In this document: piece by piece, positions 51,545 through 64,000 of the stretch
Numbering within the stretch: position 1 is the first letter of the stretch
How the letters are laid out: every line of letters starts with the position of its first letter
NCBI RefSeq assembly: GCF_009914755.1
Contig: NC_060940.1
Source of the DNA: the human T2T-CHM13v2.0 reference genome, Homo sapiens
Length of the DNA: 64,000 nt
Reading direction: 5' to 3' (one strand)
The notes under the pieces: generated by a model
The model's input: the letters and a program-made list of their open reading frames with translations, nothing else
What the model was told of the DNA's origin: nothing
The model's database searches: none
Position numbers and translations under genes: made by a program

Positions 51545-51620
51545 CCATTTCTTTGTATTGATAAGAATATAGCTAAATACCCTAACTATGCCATTTGTTT
51601 GTATTGATAAGAATATAGCT
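51545..51620. repeat. 30-bp direct repeat, period 46
   Basis: ccattt(c/g)tttgtattgataagaatatagct at 51545-51574 and 51591-51620. Confidence 0.85.
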
Positions 51621-53012
51621 GAAGCAGATCACTTTCTCATTAAGTTGTCTCATTAGGCTAATCGAAGCAGGTAGCTTTCTCCTCAAGGCCTAAACCACCT
51701 TGATACCAAATAACAGCACCACTTTTAATCTCTTTCCACTTAAGTAAGTGCCTCATCCAATAACTGCACACGATACTCATTAATATTGATAAATATTGAA
51801 GAAGGAAATAAATCATAATACCTGTGCTTTGTAAATAGCATGGAACAGTGGGGGGAAAAATGCTCCTATCTCTGGGAAGCATGAGACAAATTGCAGAGTC
51901 ATTATCAAGCACAGCCCTAGGGGCCTGGGGGAGAAAATCTGCTGGTCCCAGTCTGAGACTGAAAATTTAACATGCGCAGAACCTGGCCAGAAAGTCAAAA
52001 AAGTTGACATGACCAAATCATGAGTAACTTGGTTTCTCTCTTCCTGGAGAGACAGTTAATCTCAGTGTTGATAAAAAGGAACTCCTTAGTGTCCTGTAGC
52101 CAAAGTTAAACAAGAGAAAATATTACATTCACTTTTGGTGAATGTAGCCACCAGCAGAAAAAGTCACTAAAACTAGGAAACTTGCTTCCATTGAGACTGT
52201 TTTTCCAGGTACCCAGAGCTGTCTAGATAGGTTGTTTTGTAATGAACGGCCACTTTCTTCCTAAGAAATACCTTCTTCCATAACAGCTGTGCAAAGCTAA
52301 GGAAACAAAGTGGAGATTCATTTCTCAAGTCATCTGTAAGAAGCTGTTTAATTTTATTCACTTGGTTCCAAACTCAAAGCCCTATAGTTATTCTAAAGAT
52401 CTTATGGGAAAAGAGAATTTCAGTCCTCCATGGGGCCCCCTCCATGGTAAGGGGATCATGGCTGTGGCACTACCTTCCCAGTGAAGCCCATTTGGTTCAT
52501 ATAGCAGGATGGTAGGTGACCCCTTAGAATCACTGTACATAATGACACCCATCTCATAAAACATCAGTGCATGCTCAGGAGACATTCCTGGAAAAAAATT
52601 TAAAAAAAAATTTAATGCACACTCTCATACTCACACACATCACATGAAACATACACTCACACATATTCATAACACAAAATTAAGACACATGCAGACCACA
52701 AACACAACAGATGCTACACATATGAGTATCCACAAATATTAAATGTTAAATTTAAACTCTATTGCTGTAAGTTGTCCTGAGTCACTTTCGTTTGTAAATT
52801 AAAAGATTAGAACTTGTTCAAGATGTAAAACACACTTAAAAATCTGTGTCTAGTTTTGTCTTTAGTTTTCTTTCCAGTTAATATTTTCCATAGTTTCTTA
52901 GTTTTGCTATCCTTCTAACCTAATTGCTCTAATTTTTAAGTATGATCAGTGGGAAGAAGAAAAGAATCCATCATTAAAAATAACCTGAACATAATTTTCT
53001 AAGTGTTTTCTT

Positions 53013-53166
53013 TCTAATTTTTGTGGGTACATAGTAGGTGTATATATTTATGGATTACATTAGATATTTTGATACAGGCATGCAACGTGTAATAATCATA
53101 TCAGGGTAAATGGGATATCCATTACCTGAAGCATTTATCCATTGTATTATAAGCAATACAATACCA
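53013..53166 (-). mobile_element. L1MA 3'-end fragment with degenerate 15-bp TSD
   Basis: ttgtgggtacatagtaggtgtatatatttatgg...tcagggtaaatggg; flanks tctaagtgttttctt / tctgagtgtttcctt. Confidence 0.85.
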
Positions 53167-54649
53167 TCTGAGTGTTTCCTTAAGTAACTGTCTTCTCATC
53201 ACATATATCATATATATTATATATGTATATCATGTATATAAAGCAACATCATAAATATTAAACAGTATCATATATATGTGACTATAACCATATGTGTATG
53301 TAACTATCAATTACATGTCTCTTTATATATGAAGAATGAAACAATTCTTCTAGTCAGCTTGAAATGCTGACAAGCTAGAAGCATTATTTGTCTTTATTTT
53401 TGGAGTAAAGGAACCGGCACACCTGTTCTTCACTTGCACATCAACTTTCAAGTGAGTTTGGCAACATTAGCTCTTGTTGCTATGCAAGATATATCTGGTC
53501 TTCCTGAAAAGGCTACCTTATTTGAGAACATGACAAGGCTCACAAAAAAGTACAATGCAAACAATATAAGAGCTTCATATGAATGACATGACATTTTTAC
53601 CCATTGGTGTTTAAACGTCATCTGCATCAGTTTTGAAGGAGTATTATGTATACGTGGTTTGTTCTTTGCATCAATATTTCTCTCTGGATCCTCCAAAGAC
53701 TTAGCTGAAGCATGTGCTCTTATTTTTCTGACAGAATGATGTGAAAATATCTGTGCCTGTAAGGATAATTTCATCTTGTATATTGGTATTTTGCTTCCTC
53801 TAACCAAAACCTTATCAATGTTTATTTTCTTGTTTATGTGTCATTTCTTCTATTCTTGACCAGACTTTCTGTTGTAATACTATAAGAACAGATTCATGTA
53901 ATCAGTGATAGATACAAGGATTTGGGCCTGTTTTTGGATGACTTGTTGGTAACGGTATAGTTGGATGGTGTTCAGTTGGGAATTTTTCTCTTTTTACCAG
54001 AAAGCTATGCTATGTTGATACTTTACATCCACATACAATGTTGATACTTAGATGGCACACTGAGACATATAAAAGACCCAGCTCCAATCATTTGAGATGT
54101 ATTTGTAAGAAGGTATCAAATATTTTTTAAAATCACTATTGTCATATTTTTCAAACAAATTTACTTTTATACATAAAAGATGCAAAGCAAAATTCAATAA
54201 GATTGTTTTATTGAGCATCAAAGACTCCATTTAGGAGGCAGATGATAAAGGAGTCAAGCAAAGAAAGCTCAGTGGGCCCATTCTCAGAAACAACCTAACA
54301 TGATTTGGATTTTGTTAGTTGTGTCAAGAACAAGGACAGAACCCTTTTACTAGATGAGTGTAAAATTGTAGGAAAATCCAAATTAATCAGATCTAAATTT
54401 ACAATCATTAAAGGCATTAATATCCTCAGCAATATTAAATAGGCATTGGTTCCTTCCAATGTTTTTCTCCATTTGTATGTTGAGTTAAAAAATATATACA
54501 TGGAGGAAAAAAGTGTATATAGATATATAGAGAGAGCGCCTATTGATTTGACTCTTTAGGATCGATGAGAGGAGGAAAGAAAAGCTTACGTGGGTTCTAA
54601 AAACAAACTGTACCACTGCTTTCTAGTTTTGATTATATACATAGCTGTA

Positions 54650-55065
54650 TGCTATGGTTTGGATCTGTGTCCCTGCCCAAGTCTCGTGTCAAATTGTAAT
54701 CTCCAGTGTTGGAGGTGGAGCCAGGTAAGAGGTGGTTGGACCGTGGGAGTGAATCCTTCATGAATAGTTTAGCACCATCCCCTCGGTGCTGTTCTTGTGA
54801 GAGTTCCCATGAGACCTGGCTGTGGAAAGTGTGCAGCACCTCCTCTGCCCCTCTCTCTTGTTCCTGCTCTGGCTATGTGATGTATGTGCTTTCCCTTCAC
54901 CTTCCGCAATGACTGTTGAGTTTCCTGAGGCCACTCTAGAAGCCAGGCAGATGCCAGCACCATGCTGCCTGTACAGTCTCTAGAACTGTGAGCCAATTAA
55001 ACCTCTTTTCTTTATAAATTATCCAGTCTCAGATATTTATAGGAATGCAAGAACAACCTAATGCA
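54650..55065 (+). mobile_element. MaLR solo LTR (MSTA/B)
   Basis: tgctatggtttggatctgtgtccc...gaactgtgagccaattaaacctcttttctttataaatta...cctaatgca. Confidence 0.9.
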
Positions 55066-55379
55066 ATATATACAATATATACATATACAAATGAATGATA
55101 TGTTGATTTGTGAATTATATGTAATATACATATATAAATTCTGCAACAGATCTTTGTTCATTGAGCATATAACATCCATAGGTTAACCACTGTAGCCAAC
55201 TTTATAGCCTAGAGAGAGCAAATGATATTTTTTCTGAGCATTATATGCAAATTATTGCTAATATTGACCATATATGATTTAATTTAATTCTTAAAAATAC
55301 TCTGAGTAAAATGTCATTATTCCTACATTATGATAAAGCTAATGGATTCAAGAGGAGTTAAAACTTCAAGGATGGTAGG

Positions 55380-58300
55380 GTAAGTAGCTCAGCAAACCTT
55401 TCCTCAGTAAAACAATTTTATGGTGAGAATTAATTGTAAAAGTTGTTAAAATTGTCCTAAGGGTATACAGTAAAGAGAGACATGCTTTCAAGGAAGTCTG
55501 CTAAGTCTCAGTAAGAACAGTGAGTCTGTGGCATGTGAGTCATGATGTGCTCCCCACCATCTCAACTGTGGTACTGTACTCTGGACAACAGTGGCCAAAA
55601 ATAAAGCTCGTTCTTCCCGCATCTGCCTTCTGGGGATACAGAACCAGACCTCACCATTGGGAGAGCAGGATCTCAGTGTTTCTCACCTCACTTTAATCCC
55701 ATGTTGCAGAGTCTCTATTCTAGGTGAGAAAGAGAGGACCAATCTCCCTTCACTTGTCAACCCCCTCACTCCCAGAGGGTGGAAGCTTAACTCTAGGCCC
55801 TGCAGGCCAAGAATGCTGGGGCCCCAGTCATCCTCATTTTATCTCACTCCTAGGGCAAATATTCCATTTCCGAAGGGGCAAGCCAGGAAGACCATAAGCT
55901 ACCATCATCGGGAAAAGCAGTTCCCCACCCCTAGCTCTAGTACAATGACTAGAGGTTCTGTCAAAAGTGAAAGGTAGGCCATAAACCAAGACCTATGCAA
56001 GCCTGAGGGGACTGACTTTATTTAGAATCATTCATGGAGAACTTCCTGCCAAAGAACTTTGTCAGAAACAATGGAGATCTTGGTAGAGCACAGTTTATAA
56101 AAACGTGGTAACTCCATAATACAATAAAAGTGGCAGAGCAGCTAGAACTTTAAAACACAGAGCCCAGAAAAAAGACATCCAAGATCTTGGGATCACTTCA
56201 ATTATTGAGCTTGGGAAGAGTATGCACCTGTACTAGACTACACTCAGAAGTAATCAGAACAGGGTGTGGGGAGGTCTTGAAAGCATTCCTTAAGCTACAC
56301 ATAGACTCATCACAGTTCCTGAATAAAGATGAGGCAAAATATGTAAACACTCTTAACTACAATAGCAGCCTCAAAGCTATAGACACATCTAATGATAAAG
56401 GTAAAAAATATCTAATTGGCAAAGAATATTTAAGCATGGCATTGGACCAGTATTGGCTTATTCTACCCAGGATAAGCCTAAGTAGCTGGGATGAAGGATG
56501 ATAACAAGGGAGTAAAACAGTCTCTGCAAGGACATGACAGGTTGCAGACTGTGGGGAAAACAGACTTCCCAGAATTAAGCCAAGTTTGTAAGCCAATAAA
56601 CAAAAAAAAGAGCAAGCAACAAGAACAACTATTAGGGGTGGAGTAGGGTTGCTATCTGAAGTTACTGCTACATGTTATTTAAAATGACAAGTTTTCAAGA
56701 AAAAAGTATGAGACATGCAAATAAATAGGAAAAAGTGGCCTATATGCAGGAAATAAAGAGGCAATAAAAACAGCCTTTGAAGGGACCCACACTGTCAATG
56801 TAGCAAAGACTTCAAAGTAGCTATTATGAATATATGTAAAAAATAAAACCACATTTAAAGAAGGAAAGAACTATGGTTACAATGCCACCAAAATAGAAAA
56901 TATTATTGAAGTGAAAGCATCATTCTTTGAAAAATAACCAAATACAAATTCTGGCATGAAAAGTACAATTGACATAAAAAATTCACTTGTAATATTCAAC
57001 TAGTATTCAACAGTAAATTTGTGCTGGCAGAGGACGAACCAGTCAACTTGAAGACAAATTAATAATGTTTCAGCAATTTGAAGTACAGAGAGAAAACAGA
57101 CAAATGAATGGAGCCTCAGAGAAATGTGGGGATACCATTAAGCATACCAATATATGCATAATGAGAATGCCAGAATGAGAAAAGAAGGGACAGAAAAAAA
57201 TATTTGAAGAATGAATGGCTGAAAACTTCCCTAATTTGATGAGAAAACATTAATCTGCACATCCAAGAAGCTCCACAAAATCGAAGTAGTATAAACACAA
57301 AGTAGTACATTGAAACACATTGTAGTCAGTGATGAAAAGATAAAGAAAATCTTAAACTCATCACAGACAAGGTATACCTAACAAGCTTAACAGCTGATTT
57401 CTCATCAGAGACAATGGGGGCCAGAAAGTAGTGGGATGGCCCCTATTGTGGGACTAGATGGAAGGAAGTCGTATTCAAAGTGCTGAAAGTAAAAAGCAAA
57501 AACAAAAAAGAAAACCTCCCAACCAAAAGTGTTATTTTGGCAAAACTACCTTTCAAAAAAGACAAAAAACTCTTCCCAGATAAATGAAAGCAGAATGCGT
57601 TGCTATCAGACCTGCCTTTCAAGTAATATGTAAGGAACTATGTCAATCTAAAAGGAGGGACACCAGAAAATAATTCTCATCTATACAAAAAATTAAAGAT
57701 TGCCAGCAAAGGTAACTATAAATGATGGTTTAATTGTATATTTCTTCTTTTTTCATTTAACTTATTTAAAAAGTAATTGCATAAAATAATTTATATATGT
57801 TATCTATGTACTGACTATGTGTCGGTATATGTATATGACTATAGTATGACCCTCTAACTTAAAAAAATGTAATATATTTGACAATGACCAAAATGAGACA
57901 AGTTGGAGAAAAGCTTCATTGGAATAAGAAAATTACGCAAGAAGATAACTCAAATCCATGAATAAATGAACAGAACTGGAAAAAGTAAATAAGGTTTATA
58001 GAACAAACTCTGTGTATATATTATACTCTGTTTTTCCCCTCAGCTCCTTTAAAATGCATCCAATAACTATAACTATAGTAATAACTATCAAAATGTATTG
58101 TTGGGTTTGTAACATATATAGATATAATGGCACAGGTAATAGCACAAAAAAAAGAATAGAGCCATCCCTGCAATTAATTTAGTATACATATGAAGTAGAT
58201 TTTGTTAAAAGATGTATATTGTAAGCCCTAGAACAGCCACTAGTAAAATAACCCCGAATTATTTTTAAACATTTTTAAAATTAAAATGTTATGCTACACA

Positions 58301-60115
58301 GAAAGGGGAACATCACACACCGGGGCCTGTTGTGGGTCGGGGGAGAGGGGAGGGATAGCGTTAGGAGATATACCTAGCGTAAATGACGACTTAATGGGTG
58401 CAGCACACCAACATGGCACGTGTATACATATGTAACAAACCTGCACATTGTACACATGTACCTAGAACTTAAAGTATAATAAATATATATATAAAAAAAA
58501 CAGTCAACTTGACAATTATGAATGAACAGGGATTTTTCTAAAAATGAGACACGTAGAAAACAAAAAGCAACATTTCAGATATAAATGTAACCATACAATA
58601 TAACAGTAAAACGCAATAAAAAACAGATTATCATTTTATATTAAATAAAAGCAAGGGTCCTTTTAATTATCACCAACCATATGCTGCCTACAGGAGCCAT
58701 ATTTTATACTCAAAGATACAAATGGCTGAAAGTAGAAAGTTGAAACAAGCTATACCATACCATGCAAATAGCATTCACGAAAGAGCTACGGTTGCTATAC
58801 CAATATCAGGCAAAGCAAAAAATCTTACTAGAGATCAAAAGGGGCATTTTACAGTAAGTCGCTCCATCAGGAAGATGAAACAGTTATAATTGGTAGAATT
58901 AAAGGAATAAATAGATAATTCAACAGTAATAGTTGGAAACTTCAATAACTTTCAATAAGCACTAGAAACAAAATAAATGATAAATTGAAATATATAAAAC
59001 TATATAGTCTGCAATATATTTATATACTTATTCATATTTGTATAATGTATTTTTGTATATTTATAAAATTATATGTATTAAATGTCCTCTGAAACATTAT
59101 CAAGAAAATGAAACAGGGAAGTGAAGTGAAGACTACTGGCAGAATGGGAGAAAATGTTTATAAATTATGTATATGAGACATAAAGGATTTTATATGAGGA
59201 ATATATAATAAGCTATTATAACTCAATAAGAGGCAAAATAATGCAATTACAATAGACAAATCATCTGAATAGACATTTATCCAAAAATGATATATGCATA
59301 GTTGATAAGCACATGGTAAAATGCTAAATATCGTCTGTCATTAGGAAAATGCAAATCAAGACTACTAAAAGATTATGAGAGACCACTTCACACCCATTAA
59401 CACAACTACAGTTAAACAAATCAGACAGTAACAAATATTGTCAAGGGTGTGGAGAAATTGGAGCCCCTCATTCCTTGCTGGTGGAAATGTAAAATTCTGA
59501 AACTTCAGAAAACAGTTTGGCAGTCCCTCGAAATGTGAAACTAGCAGTTTCACTCCTAGGTATATACGCAAAAGAATTACAAACATATTCCATACAAAAA
59601 ATGTCACACAAATGTTCATAGCAGCATTATCTGTAATAACCAAAAAGTGGAGACAGCTTAAATGTCCATTAACTGACGGGTAGATAAGCAACATGAGATC
59701 TATCCATACAACACAATATCATTCAGCAAGAAAAGTAAGTACTAACACATGCAACCACATGGATTAACCCTGAAAACATGCTAAGTGAAAGAAGTCAGTC
59801 TCAAAGTGTCACATATTATTTGATTCCATTTGTATGAAGTGTCCAGAATAGACAAATCTGTAGATCTATAGATCTAGAAATTCAGTTAGTGATTGTCTGT
59901 TGGCTTGGGGTGGAGGGAATGGAATGGGCCTGGTTTTTTGTTTTGTTTTGTTTTGTTTTTTTGGGAAGCGGAGACAAAATATTTTAAGATAGTGGTGATG
60001 GTTGTATAACCTTGCGAATATTCCTAAAAAACATCAAATTGCACATTTTGAATGAATGAATTATATAGTAATTGTAAACCAAAAGGGCTATTTGGAAAAA
60101 GAAAAAAAAAAAAAC
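55380..60115 (+). mobile_element. Old, long L1M (L1MB-like 3' end): 5' region, ORF1, partial ORF2, 3'UTR
   Basis: ORF1-like gaataatggctgaaaacttccc-type and catccaagaagctc motifs; ORF2 end cattaggaaaatgcaaatcaa...gctggtggaaatgtaaaa; 3'UTR gatagtggtgatggttgtataacc; 5' boundary uncertain. Confidence 0.75.
58297..58500 (+). mobile_element. Short L1PA 3' fragment nested in the old L1M
   Basis: ggggaacatcacacaccggggcctgttgtggg...gcagcacaccaacatggcac...gaacttaaagtataataaa. Confidence 0.88.
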
Positions 60116-60681
60116 AGAGCTAACAGGCTTATAGGTGTAGTAACATAACACACCCTTAGTCATGTTCCCAGTAAGTGGCAAAACTGGAATTTAACTATGA
60201 TTCTCCAAGTGCAAACTCTATTCTTCTACTGCAGATCTCTCAGGCTGCTTTCTAATTCTAAAATAAAAATGTCTATAGACCAACTTTTTGCAAGGAGGGT
60301 TTCAAAGAAGCTGATGTTGCTTCCCTTACACATTGGAGGACTTTTCATTCAAAGCACAGATGCCCTTCAGTGAAGTCTCACACTATTATTTATTGAACAA
60401 TAGGAAATCATGACAGAGTGACACAGAAGTCATGTGGGCAGTTTTCAAGGTAACTGAAGCTGGTGTCAGCTCTGAAATACCCTGGGATGCAAGCAAATTC
60501 TTCTTAGAGATTTCAAGTGTCCCTCCAATAAAGGGCTTGTTTCCATTGCCTCTCTTTCTGGCAAAAACCCTTACCACAGATCAATCCTCAAAATACTCTC
60601 CCCAGTCTAACCCATAGCCACAGCCCATGGCAGCCCTGTCAATAAATTGGCATTAAGGATAGCTTTAAGATGCACCAATGT

Positions 60682-60984
<303 letters not shown>

Positions 60985-61199
60985 TGCACCAATGTAAAGT
61001 GGCAGGTTCTCTATTGCCAAACATTATGATATTACAGGGTAAAATCCTAACACAAAAGGACTGCAACTATATTAATAACGACTCAGCCAGAGAGAGGAGG
61101 TGATAAGCACAGATTTCCTTTATAGGATCTTTACTTGCAACCCAAAACACAGACTTTGCAGAAGACGAGCAGGCCTGTTTCACCTTTCAATCCAATTCT

Positions 61200-61760
61200 C
61201 ACTTTTTCTCCTGCCCGGAATCCTGTGTATATGTGGGGGGTGGTGATGGTGGAATTCTGGCTTTATCGAATGGTCTTAAAATAATGTGCCATAAACATTT
61301 CACATTTCTTGAAATAGAAATATATATAAGCAACAAATAAATAGGGTAGCAGAATAGAGAAGGCTTAAACGTCCATGTGGATCCATATCCTTGTTTACAT
61401 CGCACACTGGTATTCTCTAAGACGCCTGACCTTTCTACTGAAATACCCGCATTTTCCGGAGTGTTCTATGAGATGTGAGTGCAGATAGTTACGCTCTTAG
61501 GCTGCATCCTCCTCCTCACTTTGCTTTGTGCAAAATTGAAAATTTCTGTACTAGAGAAATGAATGACATGTCCTTTTAGAAGTCCTTCGTGGAAGAAGTC
61601 AACACTTCAAATATGTGGAAGAAAGTCATGTTAATATCTTCAGGATGCTAAATCGCAAGATGGCTACGTGGACCTCTGTGTGGCAATGCTTCTTAAGCAC
61701 GGGCACCCTGACTGGACATGATTACCTGGACAGAACGCGTGCATTACGTTGTGTTGTTTC
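61200..61760. promoter_or_regulatory. Candidate regulatory element: CpG-retaining unique sequence with YY1/ETS/FOX-like motifs
   Basis: About 15 CpGs in ~550 bp of AT-rich non-repeat DNA; CAAGATGGC 61656-61664, CCGGAA 61215-61220, TTCCGG 61454-61459, TGTTTAC 61392-61398. Confidence 0.35.
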
Positions 61761-62559
61761 CTCAACCTGTGTTTTCTTCAGGCATTATACTTTCAGAACT
61801 ACAACAACAATTTGGATAAACATCTGTGTTTTAATTAGACAGAATAAAAAAAGAATATTTTAATTAATGCCATGTATAATTTTGTATAATACGTACAATT
61901 ATATATCTAACAGTATATATAGTTAGCTGTATATGCCTAATGTAATCCAGAAGTAAAATTTCCAACCAGCCTCCTAATTATATGGGCATCAATTATCCTG
62001 ACAAGCATAAGAAAGCTACCTGAACTCTTCTTTTGAGATTTCTAGATCTCTCTGGCACACTGGGCTGAAATCCTAACATTTTCTTCTTTTTGCACAGTGC
62101 TTAAGGCCAGTTTCTCTGGTCTGTTAACTCACTTGTAGAAAGGAAGAGTAAATTGCCCTTGACTGCACAAACAGCCTTGACTTTTTTTTTTTTTCCATGA
62201 ATACAAATGGAAGATTTTTAAAGCTTGGCAGTTTGCAAAGATATGACTCCTAAGACAAATTAAAGATCAGGAAAACTTTTTTTTTTTTTAAATTTAAAAC
62301 TTGATTTTGTGGAGAGGTAGCCTGTGTGGTAATTATGATTCTGACACTGTTTGGCAATCTTAGACAACCATATAATCTCCCTAGACACATATTTTTCATT
62401 AATTAAAAAAAGTGTGAATTTAATGTAGGAAGGATACACCAGATGACCTCAAATACTTATCCGGTTTCAAAAATTGATGTTTTCATAATTTAATATGCAT
62501 AGAACTAGCACTCTCCTCCTCTTCCTGCACTTCTAACAGACGCTCCTACCATATGCTCC

Positions 62560-62770
62560 TCCTGTGCTCTGTGCAGTGATCCATTGTAGCAATTATGTGA
62601 TTGTATTGGAATTTTGTTTTCTATATTTGTCATTCTAGTAGCTTATTAACTTAAGGCCGAAGTCTGAGTTTGCTGTTTCTTTTTTCAACTTCACGTTCTA
62701 AGTTTCAAACATGTAGCTTAGCACAAAGTGATTCTAAATATGAAGTTGTTAAATGAACTGAAGGAATTAA
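62560..62770 (+). mobile_element. L2 3' fragment
   Basis: ttctagtagcttattaacttaagg...cttagcacaaagtg...gttgttaaatgaactgaaggaattaat. Confidence 0.55.
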
Positions 62771-63169
62771 TAAATTAGTTGATAGTATCAAGCAATAAAA
62801 ATTGAGCTACTTGTGGTACTTAATTTGCATTTTAGGAGAAAAAAAAAAGAACTTGTATCAAGCGTGGCCTTACCAACAGCCAGCCACCTGGAGGATACAT
62901 TCCGAGTGGACTGGTAAATGTTTCCTATCTTAGTATGTGACCTTAGTATGCAAGCTCTGGAATTCCCCAACATATTAATCTAGGTGTTATTAAAAGCTTT
63001 TGGTCCTCAAGTGTTCATTGTGAAAATGCAAATATCTGAGTAGAACAGAAAAGAAGGGATTAATTAGATAGTGTTAAAAGCAGAGCTAAAAGTGAGAACA
63101 GCAAGGAGAGAAAGAAGCATGTTCTGGATAAAACAAGACAAAGAATAAGACCATTTTCTTCTTTTATTT

Positions 63170-64000
63170 CTTGTTTGTCTGTCTGACTACTCTATGCCAG
63201 ACACATATTACAGCCTGGCCAACATGAATCCTAAGGTCTGATGGGGAGTAGAGATGATTAAGCAAGAAATTCTACCATGGAATGATCAGTGCTGGGCTAG
63301 GGAAACATAGGGGCTACCACAGAGGAATCAGAGAAGGCTTCCAATGGGGATGACACACTTGCCTAGATCTGAAGATCCAGTAGAAGTTAATGAGATGAAG
63401 AGATGAGGAGAAGTGGTCCATTCAGAGACAAAAATGCCTCTGTGTGGAGTGAGGCTCAGCTAAAAATTTAAGATTCATGTTGTAAGGTTTAGAATGTTGC
63501 GGGGAGAAGGGTATGGGGAGAGATGATTCTGGAGACTTAAACAGAGGCTGGCACATGTAGGTCTTGTAAACGTGTATAATATGTAAACCACATTAAATAA
63601 TTCTCTCAGGGTCAAAGAGTATTTCCTTGTAGAGTTTTAGACAGAGGAGTGACAGATCTGGTATAGATTTTTCAAAATTCTCTATAGATTTCATGTAAAG
63701 ACATTATTTCTCAGAAAGAAGTATATTGGAAGCCAAGAGCTCAAATTAAGAGGCTTTTCCAGATCAAGTAAGAGATAAGAGTGGCCTAGACTAAGTCAAG
63801 GACCAGTTTGATAGAGAAAAGAAAATGCGTTTAGCAGATAGAAGGAGCGGGTCTCAATAATTCATGTAATCTGGAGGTAAAGAAGAAAGACGAATTAAGA
63901 ATGAATTACAGGCTTGGGACGCTCCATAGGTTTTTAATGATACCATTTGTTCAAGTGGGAAACATGAAAGCAAATTCATGTTTCTGAGAAGTGCTGGTAA
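63170..64000 (-). mobile_element. L2 element running off the window end
   Basis: ctactctatgccagacac...aatcagagaaggcttcc...gatctgaaga...ttttagacagaggagtgacagatctg. Confidence 0.75.

Noticed and set aside
51545-51620. Spaced 30-bp direct repeats superficially CRISPR-like
   Set aside because: Only two copies, human context, no cas genes; simple local duplication
53448-53807. 119-aa ORF in unique DNA
   Set aside because: Non-ATG start, no recognisable domain or splice support; length is compatible with chance
55591-55977. 128-aa ORF
   Set aside because: Lies in the presumed 5' region of an old L1M, GTG start, no recognisable homology

Overview
Human genomic DNA (it carries an AluYa5), AT-rich and intergenic/intronic in character, dominated by interspersed repeats: Alu, L1, L2, MIR, MaLR/ERVL/ERV9 solo LTRs and MER20/MER33. 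I found no intact protein-coding gene. Gene-derived features: (1) a full-length processed MAD2L1 pseudogene on the minus strand (~39761-41165); (2) an 86-nt near-perfect hairpin whose 3' arm matches, from memory, mature hsa-miR-4719 (31103-31188), which would place the window at chr16q23.1; (3) a heavily decayed, intronless WD40-repeat coding remnant at ~35290-36260 (minus), colinear with WDR88 as I recall it and not evident from any single ORF. Structural oddities include an AluYa5 inserted at the same target site as an older AluY, two clean ~25-30 bp micro-inversions, a three-arm alternative hairpin at 15843-15963, a locally templated ~190-bp duplication, a twin-primed L1 lacking its 3' end, and an L1 with a short 3' transduction. 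I cannot support a new multi-gene system here. Repeat subfamily calls and most boundaries are by eye from remembered consensus sequences and are approximate.
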